Source of the DNA: Candidatus Iainarchaeum sp.
GTDB taxonomy: Archaea; Iainarchaeota; Iainarchaeia; Iainarchaeales; 0-14-0-20-30-16
Assembly: GCA_028710695.1 (NCBI GenBank)
Contig: JAQTTP010000007.1
Location: 15,357 to 47,356 of the forward strand
Direction of reading: 5' to 3'
DNA: 32,000 nt
Shown here: positions 15,281 through 23,819 of the stretch, piece after piece
Numbering within the stretch: the stretch's first letter is position 1
How the letters are laid out: every line of letters begins with the position of its first letter
Program-made: the position numbers and the translations under genes
Notes under the pieces: generated by a model
The model's database searches: none
Seen by the model: the letters and a program-made list of their open reading frames with translations, nothing else
What the model was told of the DNA's origin: nothing

Positions 15281-16885
15281 ATGGCGAACTATACAAAAGA
15301 CTTAAAGATTACTGAAAAAGACTTAGAAAAAATAACTAAGGAAATAGAATCCCTTGTTGCTAAGTACAGAATTCATTTTAAAGAAATACAAAATCCTTCA
15401 AAGATCTTTGGAGTTTGTATGGGAAGCCAAGATCTAAAAATTTATTTTGCAAAAAACATAAAAGTCGCACAAGAACTATGTAAAGAAATCACAGAAAAAG
15501 TAAATAAATTAAGCATAGACGAACTACAAAAACAATACCCTACTTGTAACGAAGAAAAACCAAAAGAAAAAAGAGAGAAGAAATTAGAATATCCAAAATT
15601 GGAAATCACTGGCGAAGTAGTAACTGCTTACCCTCCAGATCCATCAAAATATCCACACATTGGACATGGTTATGCATCTTTTATTAATTACAATTTTGCA
15701 AAAATGCACAATGGAAAATTTATTTTAAGATTTGAGGACACAAATCCAACAATTGTAAAGAAAGAATATTATGATGCAATCCTTAATGGCCTAAAATGGC
15801 TAGGGGTTGTTCCAGACAAAGTTGTAAACGCAAGCGATTATATTGAAAAATTATATGACGAAACAAGAAAATTCATAAAAGATGGAAATGCCTATATTTG
15901 CGATTGTTATGCAGATGTTGTTAAATCAAATAGACAAGCAAGAAAAGAATGCAAATGTAGAAAAAAATCTATTGAACAAAACTTAGAAGAATTTGAAGAT
16001 TTAGTAAAAGGAAAATACGAACCCGGAAAAAAATTAGTTAGATTAAAACTAAATATGAAAAGCAAAAGAGCAGAAATGAGAGACCCAGGAATTATGAGAA
16101 CTATATTTGATGAGCACCCATTGGCTGGAAAGAAATACAAACTTTGGCCATCATATGTTTGGCAAAACACATTTTTAGATCATTACAATGGAGTAACACA
16201 CAGATTTAGATCAAAAGAATTTGAACCTTGGAAACCGGTGCAGGAAGAAATTGCAAAATTAGCTGGGTTCAAAATGGCACAAATCTACGAATATGCGAGA
16301 GTAAATATTTCTGGAGTTAAAGCATCAGGAAGACAAATTAGAGAACTAGTTGAAAAAGGAGAAATGGATTGGGATGACCCAAGACTAACTACTTTGTTAT
16401 CATTAAAAAGAAGAGGATTTATTCCAAATGCAATAAGAGAATTCATCCAAAAAATGGGATTATCAAAAACAGAATCCACAGCACAATGGGGAGTACTAGA
16501 AAGCTTCAATAGAAAAGAACTTGCGGATGTTGAAAAAGTTGCATTCTTTAAGAGCACAAAGGAATTCACAGTAAACAAAGAAAAGATTTACATTGACCCA
16601 ACTGACCTAAAAGAAGGCACAGAATATAGGTTAAGACATTTTTGTAATGTAATTTACAAGAGTGACAAATTAGAAGTATGTGGAAACGAAATCAAGAAAG
16701 GCATTTCCATTTTGCCATTTGCAAAAGAAATAAAAGAAATTACGGTTGTTATGGGCGATGCTTCCAAAGTAAAGGGTTTCATAGAAGTTAAGCCATTAAA
16801 AGAAACAAATTATTTCTTTGAGGGTTTGGGCTTTGTAAAGGTAGATTCCTTAAAGCCGCTTGTAGCTTACTTTACACATAAGTAA
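15281..16885 (+). CDS. gltX: Glutamyl-tRNA synthetase, archaeal/eukaryal type
   Basis: The HIGH region reads PSKYPHIGHGYASF, followed by ILRFEDTNP and DWDDPRLTTLLSLKRRGFIPNAIREFI, typical of the archaeal GluRS/GlnRS class. Confidence 0.9.
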   Translation: MANYTKDLKITEKDLEKITKEIESLVAKYRIHFKEIQNPSKIFGVCMGSQDLKIYFAKNIKVAQELCKEITEKVNKLSIDELQKQYPTCNEEKPKEKREKKLEYPKLEITGEVVTAYPPDPSKYPHIGHGYASFINYNFAKMHNGKFILRFEDTNPTIVKKEYYDAILNGLKWLGVVPDKVVNASDYIEKLYDETRKFIKDGNAYICDCYADVVKSNRQARKECKCRKKSIEQNLEEFEDLVKGKYEPGKKLVRLKLNMKSKRAEMRDPGIMRTIFDEHPLAGKKYKLWPSYVWQNTFLDHYNGVTHRFRSKEFEPWKPVQEEIAKLAGFKMAQIYEYARVNISGVKASGRQIRELVEKGEMDWDDPRLTTLLSLKRRGFIPNAIREFIQKMGLSKTESTAQWGVLESFNRKELADVEKVAFFKSTKEFTVNKEKIYIDPTDLKEGTEYRLRHFCNVIYKSDKLEVCGNEIKKGISILPFAKEIKEITVVMGDASKVKGFIEVKPLKETNYFFEGLGFVKVDSLKPLVAYFTHK

Positions 16886-16887
16886 TG

Positions 16888-17559
16888 TTAAGTTTTGGTT
16901 TTAAGTTTTGCTCCAGAGTTAGAAAGCTTTTGATCAATTCTAACTTGGATTTTATTCTTTATCTCCAAAGTTTTTGCTTTTGATAATCTTTTTATATCAG
17001 AATATAAAGTTTGATATTCCGCAACAGTTAAATTAATTATTTTTTCACTAAAGTCCAAGTATCTTTTTGGGTTCTTTCTTAAGGTTAGCCACACTAAACC
17101 AACGACAAACACAACCAAACAAGGAATATCAAGATAAGATGGAATCAATAATTTTGTTTCAAAAGTAAGAACAAGAGGGAAGATGAAATAAAAAAATAAC
17201 ACAGCCAAAATAATCCAATAAATCGAATGTAGAAGATCAACACGCCCACCAATATTAAATGTTGATTTTGAATAATCCCACAGTTTTACTTTTAACAATT
17301 TTTCGGATATTACACTGCCAAGATATTCAATAAGTATAAGTGCCAAAGAGGCAAAAATCAAAAGCCACACAAGTTGTAGTCCTGGTATTTTAAATATAAG
17401 AACAAGAACAACACCACCAAAACCATAGATTGGGCAAAAAGGCCCCCTAAAGTACCCGGCATTTACAAATTTGTGACTAACAATACTTCGATAACTAGAA
17501 TCTAAAATCCAGCCAATAAAAGAAAAAATAAAAAATTCAATAATATAAATTGTAATCAT
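16888..17559 (-). CDS. Polytopic membrane protein, CmpB/'putative ABC-transporter type IV' (PF06541-like) family
   Basis: The N-terminus FSFIGWILDSSYRSIVSHKFVNAGYFRGPFCPIYGFGGV matches my recollection of that family. The ATG at 17559 is preferred over the TTG at 17571. Confidence 0.55.
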   Translation of the reverse strand: MITIYIIEFFIFSFIGWILDSSYRSIVSHKFVNAGYFRGPFCPIYGFGGVVLVLIFKIPGLQLVWLLIFASLALILIEYLGSVISEKLLKVKLWDYSKSTFNIGGRVDLLHSIYWIILAVLFFYFIFPLVLTFETKLLIPSYLDIPCLVVFVVGLVWLTLRKNPKRYLDFSEKIINLTVAEYQTLYSDIKRLSKAKTLEIKNKIQVRIDQKLSNSGAKLKTKT

Positions 17560-17596
17560 AAATAAACCCAATTCACTACATTCAAATAATTATACT

Positions 17597-18370
17597 TCAC
17601 CTTGCATATTTAGATCTTAAGTAAACCATTTTATAAACAAACAATGTTCTTTGCTTTTCATCTTTGTATTTTAAATCATACAAATCATAAACCTTGCCCC
17701 AGAAATCTTTAAACTCTTCTTCAGTCATAAACCCAAGGGTTGGCATAATACCCTGATAATCTTGCCCCATTACTTTCATTAATTCATCAATATCTTTCCA
17801 CTTTCTTTCTTGAACATGTATTCTCGCTGGCCCACATTCTTCAGAAACATAAGTAGAAATATCTCCAAAATCTTTGGCAGCGGAAAAATCAATTATACTA
17901 ATTCTATTAGTTTGCGGATCATAGACTATATTTCCAGAATGCAGATGCCCGTGCCTTATTCCTGCATTATGAAGCTTTGCTAAATATCCTGGCAACTCAT
18001 CTCTAACCAAATTTAAAGCACTCCAAAACTGCTTGCCAAAAGCCATTACGGACATATCTTTTATTGCAATCCCCGCACTTTTAAAAATATGAAACTTATC
18101 ACGCAAGGATTCTGGGATTTCATAGCCCGCAAACAGATCAGTAGAAACTTCTTCAGTAGGAATACCCAAAGCCTTAACTTTTGCCCTAATTTTTTCTTCC
18201 TGTGGCAAAACAAATCTACCAAATAATATTTTGCCATTATTTAAATGAATTCTTACTGTTCTTTTTGCTCTTGCCATCTGTGCAAAATCTCTTTGTTCAA
18301 AATTATGCCTAAGGTCTCTTCCTTCAAGAATCGCTCTCTGCACATCAGAAATAGTTTTTCTGTATGCCAT
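17597..18370 (-). CDS. Protein-kinase-like fold protein (Bud32/RIO/APH-like C-lobe) with a non-canonical catalytic loop
   Basis: LAKLHNAGIRHGHLHSGNIVYDPQTNRISIIDFSAAKDF parallels the HGDLHxxN catalytic loop and the (I)DF(G) metal-binding motif. No obvious glycine-rich loop is present. Confidence 0.55.
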   Translation of the reverse strand: MAYRKTISDVQRAILEGRDLRHNFEQRDFAQMARAKRTVRIHLNNGKILFGRFVLPQEEKIRAKVKALGIPTEEVSTDLFAGYEIPESLRDKFHIFKSAGIAIKDMSVMAFGKQFWSALNLVRDELPGYLAKLHNAGIRHGHLHSGNIVYDPQTNRISIIDFSAAKDFGDISTYVSEECGPARIHVQERKWKDIDELMKVMGQDYQGIMPTLGFMTEEEFKDFWGKVYDLYDLKYKDEKQRTLFVYKMVYLRSKYAR

Positions 18371-18494
18371 TGGCTTACAGGCTCAGTATGTATTACTCTT
18401 GGTCTATTAGGCATAATAAAGAAAAGAAGAACTTATTTTTAAACCTTTATTAAGCATAAACAAATTTTATATTACTTGTTATCTTTATTTTAAT

Positions 18495-18995
18495 ATGATT
18501 GTAAAAATTAGAAAGCCCAAATTAAGCGATGCTAAACCACTACAAGAACTAATTAATGACAAAACTGTTTTGAAACAAATTTCTGGATACCCATATCCTT
18601 GCCCATTAAGCAGAATGAAGAAAGATGTAAGAGATGGAATCAAAGGTTGGGAAACAGGCAAATCTTATTCATTCACAATACTTGCTGACAACGAAACAGC
18701 AGGAAGCATAATTTTAGAAAATCCAAACAAAGACAATGGCTGTTATGATCTTGGATTTTTTGTTGGAAGAAAATTTTGGAATAAAGGCATTGCAACTGAG
18801 GCTATAAGGCAAATTATCAAATTTGGGTTTAAGGACCTAAAGTTGTATAGAATACAGGCAGATAATGATTCTGATAATCCGGCATCAGGAAAAACAATGA
18901 AAAAAGCAGGTCTTAAATTAGAAGGCATTCGAAAAAAGTACCTGAAAAAGAACAATAAATACATTGATTTACAATTCTGGGGCATTACCAAGTAG
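18495..18995 (+). CDS. GNAT family N-acetyltransferase (RimJ/RimL-like)
   Basis: FFVGRKFWNKGIATEAIRQIIKFGFKDLKLYRIQADNDSDNPASGKTMKKAGLKLEGIRKK carries the acetyl-CoA binding Q/RxxGxG/A-like motif. Confidence 0.85.
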   Translation: MIVKIRKPKLSDAKPLQELINDKTVLKQISGYPYPCPLSRMKKDVRDGIKGWETGKSYSFTILADNETAGSIILENPNKDNGCYDLGFFVGRKFWNKGIATEAIRQIIKFGFKDLKLYRIQADNDSDNPASGKTMKKAGLKLEGIRKKYLKKNNKYIDLQFWGITK

Positions 18996-19063
18996 CCCCA
19001 CCCTATAGCTACAAACTTTAAAATCCTTCTTATAATATATAATATAGATCTAGAGGTTATCTT

Positions 19064-20218
19064 ATGCCAACGAATGTACACCCAGAGTTCATAGCTGCAC
19101 AGGCACAATACGATAATGCACAAACAGATGATGAGAAACTAAAAGCCCTGGAAGCAATGAAATCTACCTGGCCAACTCACAAAGGAGCAGAGAAACTAAG
19201 AGCAGAGATTGCTGGAAAAATCAAAAAAATGAAAGAGAAAATAAAAACTCTTAAAAGCTCAAAAAAAACTACCACTACTGCTTATAATATTAAAAAAGAT
19301 GGAGCAGCACAAGTAGTAATTGCTGGAAAAACTAATTCTGGGAAAAGCACTCTACTTTCAAAGCTTACAAATGCAACTCCAACTATTGCACATTATGAAT
19401 TCACTACAGATGAACCAGAAATTGGAATGATAAAATATGAAGACGAAAATATCCAACTTGTAGAACTACCTGCAATAATACCTGGAACCTCAGAAGGAAA
19501 AGCAAGAGGAAGAGAAAAGCTCGGAATAATTAGAAACGCAGACCTGTTATTAATTACAATGAAGATTTCAAAGATAGAAAATTTTGAAAAAGAATTTAAT
19601 TTTATTTATGAGGAATTAAAAAAAGGAAAAATACTTCCAGTAGGAAGTGAAAAAAGAGTTTTATTAACAAGAACAAACAAAAAGGTTTCATTTGAAGGTT
19701 TAGAAAAAGTTTCTGGAGAAGAAGAAGATAAAACCGCCACAATAAATTACATTAAAAGGCACTACAATAACTTGCACATAAAAATTTTAGAAACAATTAA
19801 CACACAAACATTGATTGAAATATTAAATACAAGATATATTCCAACAGTTTTATTTGTAAGAGGAGAAGATATAAAACATTTCGAGGTAAAGAACTACCAG
19901 CACATAAAAGCAATTTTAATAAATGATTTTTATCTTCTTGAAAATGAACAAATTGAGAAAATAAAGAAAATAATAATTGAAGACACAGGAAAAATAGTTG
20001 TTTATACAAGAAAGCCAGGGGAAGATACAAAGCAATTATTAATAATTGACAAAGATTCAGTTATTGGAGATGTTTGCCACAGATTGCACAAAGATATTGC
20101 AAAAAACTTCAAATTTGCAAAAATTTGGGGCAGTAAAGTAAAATTCCCTGGACAAATTGCATCCAAGGAATATATTCTTAATAATAATGATATTATTGAA
20201 ATATATAGTAAAAAATGA
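19064..20218 (+). CDS. DRG/Rbg-type OBG-family GTPase with C-terminal TGS domain (divergent G3/G4 motifs)
   Basis: PTHKGAEKLRAEIAGKIKKMK aligns to the NKATE...LKAKLAKL region. G1 is GKTNSGKSTLL and G2 is YEFTT. The TGS domain reads DVCHRLHKDIAKNFKFAKIWGSKVKFPGQ. Confidence 0.8.
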   Translation: MPTNVHPEFIAAQAQYDNAQTDDEKLKALEAMKSTWPTHKGAEKLRAEIAGKIKKMKEKIKTLKSSKKTTTTAYNIKKDGAAQVVIAGKTNSGKSTLLSKLTNATPTIAHYEFTTDEPEIGMIKYEDENIQLVELPAIIPGTSEGKARGREKLGIIRNADLLLITMKISKIENFEKEFNFIYEELKKGKILPVGSEKRVLLTRTNKKVSFEGLEKVSGEEEDKTATINYIKRHYNNLHIKILETINTQTLIEILNTRYIPTVLFVRGEDIKHFEVKNYQHIKAILINDFYLLENEQIEKIKKIIIEDTGKIVVYTRKPGEDTKQLLIIDKDSVIGDVCHRLHKDIAKNFKFAKIWGSKVKFPGQIASKEYILNNNDIIEIYSKK

Positions 20219-21405
20219 TTTTTCTTCGAAGTGATTCCATGAGGTTTAGCACAATATATTTAGATAATGCTGCAACTACAAGACTTGATGACAAAGTCTT
20301 AGAAGAAATGATTCCGTATTATACAAAACATTATGGAAATGCATCATCCTTACATTCGTATGGATATGACGCAAAAGAAGCAATGGACGAATCCAGAGAA
20401 ACAATCTCGAAAATATTACATTCTGATTTTGAAGATATTATTTTTACAGCATCAGGAAGCGAAGCAAACAACATGGCAATAAAAGGATTATCTTTTTCAG
20501 AACCAAATAAAAAGCACATAATAACAACAAAGATAGAACACAAATCAATAACAAACCAGCTAGATTGGCTAGAAACAAGAGGATATAGATCAACATATCT
20601 AGATGTTGACAAAGAAGGATTTGTAAATTTAGAACAATTAGAAAAGTCTTTAGAAAAAACCAAAGACACATTATTAGTTTCAATAATACACGGAAATAAC
20701 GAAGTTGGAACTTTACAAGATTTAGAAAAGATCGGAAAAATTTGTAAGAAATACAATGTTCCATTTCACATAGATGCTTGCCAAAGTTTTACAAAGTCAA
20801 CAATTGATGTTAAAAAAATGAATATCTCTTTAGCAAGTATAAATGCACACAAGATTCATGGCCCAAAAGGAATTGGGGCATTATATATTTCAAAAGAGGT
20901 AAAATTAACTCCACTAATACACGGGGGGCAGCAAGAATTCAAAAAAAGAGCCGCAACAGAAAATATTCCCGGAATCGTTGGATTTGCAAAAGCAGCAGAA
21001 ATAAATAATTCAAGTAAGATCTCAAAACAAGTAACAAAATTAAGAGATGATTTAATTAAAGGGCTAGAAAAAATTGTTGATTCTAAATTAAATGGCCCAA
21101 AAGGAGAAAAAAGATTATACAACAATGTTAATTTCTCTTTCAAAGGAATTGAGGGCGAAGCATTAGGTGGATATCTAGATCAAAAAAGTATCTGTACTTC
21201 AACAGGAAGTGCCTGTTCTTCAAAATCTTTAGAGCCAAGCCCTGTTCTAAGAGCAATGGGATTAGATTACGAAGATGCAAATAGTTCCTTAAGAATGAGC
21301 GTAAGTAAATATAATACTGAAGAAGAAATTGATTACACAATAAAAGCAACAGAAGAAATTGTCCAAAAATTACGAAAAATATCTCCGATATATAAAAGAA
21401 AATAG
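20215..21405 (+). CDS. Cysteine desulfurase (NifS/IscS class)
   Basis: The product contains IYLDNAATT, the PLP lysine in SINAHKIHGPKG, and the active-site Cys in STGSACSS. The ATG at 20215 overlaps the DRG stop (ATGA). An alternative ATG at 20239 gives the more typical N-terminus MRFSTIYLDNAATT. Confidence 0.9.
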   Translation: MIFLRSDSMRFSTIYLDNAATTRLDDKVLEEMIPYYTKHYGNASSLHSYGYDAKEAMDESRETISKILHSDFEDIIFTASGSEANNMAIKGLSFSEPNKKHIITTKIEHKSITNQLDWLETRGYRSTYLDVDKEGFVNLEQLEKSLEKTKDTLLVSIIHGNNEVGTLQDLEKIGKICKKYNVPFHIDACQSFTKSTIDVKKMNISLASINAHKIHGPKGIGALYISKEVKLTPLIHGGQQEFKKRAATENIPGIVGFAKAAEINNSSKISKQVTKLRDDLIKGLEKIVDSKLNGPKGEKRLYNNVNFSFKGIEGEALGGYLDQKSICTSTGSACSSKSLEPSPVLRAMGLDYEDANSSLRMSVSKYNTEEEIDYTIKATEEIVQKLRKISPIYKRK

Positions 21406-21413
21406 GTGCAGAC

Positions 21414-22052
21414 ATGTATTCAAAAGAAGTTCTAAAGAGATTCAAGAATCCAAAACACGCAGGAGAAATAAAAAACCCAGACATCAGTGCAGAAGTCGGG
21501 AACATTAGGTGTGGCGATGTAATTAAAGTATCTTTAAAAGTTGAGAAAGACAAAATAAAGGATGTCAAATTCATGACATATGGTTGTGTGTCAGCAATAG
21601 CAGCATCAGATATGCTTTGTGAACTAGCAAAAGGAAAGACACTTAAAGAGGCACAGAAGATAAAATTTAAAGACGTTTTAGAAAAGCTAGAAGGCTTGCC
21701 ACCGATAAAATACCATTGTAGTGTAATGGCAGTAGAAGCATTACAAAAAGCAATAAAAGAGTATTTGAAGAAGGCAAAAGAGAGCAAAATAAAAGATAAA
21801 CCAAAAGACAAATCACAACAAAACAAAGAAAAAACAGGAAAGACTTTGGCACCTACAAAAAAAGCCACAGAAAAAACAACATTAGCAAAGCTTCCACAAG
21901 ATGTAAAGACACAAAAGATCTTAGCAAAACATGGAGTTCCATGTATTTCTTGCCCACATGTTGGATATGAGCAAGAGTCTTTAACTTTGGGCTTTATCGC
22001 AAAAGCATATGGAATAGATCTAAAGAAGCTCTTGAAGGATTTGAATAAGTAA
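21414..22052 (+). CDS. IscU/NifU-N-type Fe-S scaffold fused to a C-terminal DUF1858-like CxxC domain
   Basis: The three scaffold cysteines lie in GNIRCGD, YGCVSAIAASD and YHCSVMA. A Lys/Thr-rich linker follows, then KHGVPCISCPHVGYEQESLTLGFIAKAYGIDLKKLLKDLN. AGGTG sits upstream of the ATG. Confidence 0.85.
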   Translation: MYSKEVLKRFKNPKHAGEIKNPDISAEVGNIRCGDVIKVSLKVEKDKIKDVKFMTYGCVSAIAASDMLCELAKGKTLKEAQKIKFKDVLEKLEGLPPIKYHCSVMAVEALQKAIKEYLKKAKESKIKDKPKDKSQQNKEKTGKTLAPTKKATEKTTLAKLPQDVKTQKILAKHGVPCISCPHVGYEQESLTLGFIAKAYGIDLKKLLKDLNK

Positions 22053-22090
22053 TAAATAGTTTTGTGAATATATTTAATAGGGGGATAAAT

Positions 22091-23266
22091 ATGAAAAAAA
22101 TGATATTAGTAAGCATTATACTTGCAGTTTTATTTATTGGTGTGTTTGCTTTAGGTAACTATATTGGGCAAACAGACAATGCCGGTTTGTTCACTTTAAC
22201 AAACATAATGGTAACCGCAAAATCTACACCTGCGGGAGATAATATGACATACAAACTGGGCGGATCAACTTACGAAGACTATACTACTGAAAAACTTTCT
22301 TTGTCACAAACAAATAATACAAGTGATGGTCTTTTCAACAACTTTACTGGTAGCGTTAAAAAAAATAAGCTAACATATAGTTTAAATTTTTATACTGGAA
22401 TTAATTTTAGCAAATCAGATAGTAATATTTCTGAAACTTGGACTGACAAAGGAACAAAAGATGTTGTAAAAATTCCTTTTATGGGAAAAACATATAATAT
22501 AGATAAAGTTACTTTTTCAGGAACAAAAATACAAAGTTTAGAATTACTAGATTCCACTACAGTAAAATCTTATTCCATTGGAGACAAGATTGAAAACTTA
22601 ATTGGAAAAAACGGAAAAGAGTATTATGCAGTTGTTACTGCTGTAAGTCAAAATGACACAGTAAAGATATCTTTATATGACTTAAATGGAAATACAGTAG
22701 AAAAAAACGTGGCTGTTGCAATAAATGAATATTTCGGTGAAAGTTCCCTAACAACAAAAGTAAAAATTCAAAATATTTCAAATACTGGAACCACAGATAA
22801 TCCAAAATATACAATAGAAATTATAATTGGAAATGTGGTAACCATCTCTGAAGGAAAAGAAATTCCAAATTTACTATCTGACTTAAGCTATAATTTATTC
22901 GATATAATCCCAAACTTATTAGGCATAGATGGAAAAGAATATTATGCAATAATCGAAGGTGTCAATGCAGATCAAACTGGAATAGTTGTTACATTATACA
23001 AAGACGTTAACAATCCATTGCCAGATTATACACAGATAAAGGAACCATTAAATGAAAAACTCGCAAAAGATTTCCTAAAAACAAGCATCAAAGTAACAAA
23101 AATACTTAATATCGGTTCTGTTGATTACCCGGAATGGGACATACAAGTTAGTACTGATGCACCATGTTGGAAAGTATCTGGAATTACAGAGACAAACAAG
23201 ACAACTTTAAAAAGTATAACTTTAGTTAACACCTGTGACTTTACATATTCTTTCATGGGCAATTAG
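22091..23266 (+). CDS. Hypothetical secreted/surface protein with internal tandem duplication
   Basis: The ATG at 22091 follows GGGGGA. The N-terminus MKKMILVSIILAVLFIGVFALG is a signal or anchor sequence. The product is Asn/Thr/Ser-rich with at least 8 N-X-S/T sequons. I recognise no family with confidence. Confidence 0.6.
   Translation: MKKMILVSIILAVLFIGVFALGNYIGQTDNAGLFTLTNIMVTAKSTPAGDNMTYKLGGSTYEDYTTEKLSLSQTNNTSDGLFNNFTGSVKKNKLTYSLNFYTGINFSKSDSNISETWTDKGTKDVVKIPFMGKTYNIDKVTFSGTKIQSLELLDSTTVKSYSIGDKIENLIGKNGKEYYAVVTAVSQNDTVKISLYDLNGNTVEKNVAVAINEYFGESSLTTKVKIQNISNTGTTDNPKYTIEIIIGNVVTISEGKEIPNLLSDLSYNLFDIIPNLLGIDGKEYYAIIEGVNADQTGIVVTLYKDVNNPLPDYTQIKEPLNEKLAKDFLKTSIKVTKILNIGSVDYPEWDIQVSTDAPCWKVSGITETNKTTLKSITLVNTCDFTYSFMGN
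22577..23160 (+). repeat. Two tandem copies of a ~90-100 aa domain inside the surface protein gene
   Basis: Copy 1 reads DKIENLIGKNGKEYYAVVTAV...SLY...KVKIQNISNTGTTDNPKYTIEI. Copy 2 reads DIIPNLLGIDGKEYYAIIEGV...TLY...SIKVTKILNIGSVDYPEWDIQV. A weaker FMGKTYNIDKV element lies upstream. Confidence 0.6.
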
Positions 23267-23332
23267 CCCTCTTTTTTTATTTTTTATTTGCCATATAATG
23301 GATTTAAATACAACTTATCCTCATTCTATATT

Positions 23333-23818
23333 ATGCCAAAAAAGATTAGAAGACAAAAACCAAAAGAAGAAAGAAAACCCAAACAACATGAACTTACTCT
23401 TAAAACCCCGCAAGAAAGGCATATGCACTTAGTTCAACTAGCCACACAATCTGAAAAAGTGATACTTGAAACACAAAGACTACATCCCAAATTAGATGCG
23501 GCCACAAGAATAATTGAACAAAGAGTTAGAAGTAGATTGCCTGTTTCAAAAGATCACGCACTTGGCTGGCTAAAACAAAAGAAAGAGTTCTTACAAAACA
23601 GCATAAAATATTGGTTAATTGAACATGAAATTGTAGAAACTGGATTTCATACAGAAGAAGAAAAAGTACAATTAAAGTCACATATTGAATCAGCAATCCA
23701 AAGACGACAACAATATCTAAAATTAGTTGAATCTGCAAAACAAAGAATTAACAAAGGTGAAAACCCGAATATAGTTTTATTTGACATGCAAGCAGAATTA
23801 GATTCATCAAGAAACTAA
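23333..23818 (+). CDS. Hypothetical basic, predicted helical protein (161 aa)
   Basis: The ATG at 23333 has TATA-like atttaaata about 30 nt upstream. The N-terminus is highly basic (MPKKIRRQKPKEERKPKQ). I recognise no motif. Confidence 0.5.
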   Translation: MPKKIRRQKPKEERKPKQHELTLKTPQERHMHLVQLATQSEKVILETQRLHPKLDAATRIIEQRVRSRLPVSKDHALGWLKQKKEFLQNSIKYWLIEHEIVETGFHTEEEKVQLKSHIESAIQRRQQYLKLVESAKQRINKGENPNIVLFDMQAELDSSRN

Positions 23819-23819
23819 A

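Noticed and set aside
21140-21868. 242 aa minus-strand ORF with membrane-protein-like hydrophobic sequence
   Set aside because: It is entirely antisense to the strongly supported nifS 3' end and iscU. AAA/GAA-rich sense codons read antisense as TTT/TTC (Phe), giving pseudo-TM segments. The same reasoning applies to 20331-20756, 20444-20764, 20856-21143 and 21667-21852.
23235-23432. 65 aa + strand ORF overlapping the end of the surface protein gene and the start of the basic protein gene
   Set aside because: It is out of frame with both supported genes and spans their intergenic promoter. The ATG at 23333 with an upstream TATA-like box explains the region better.
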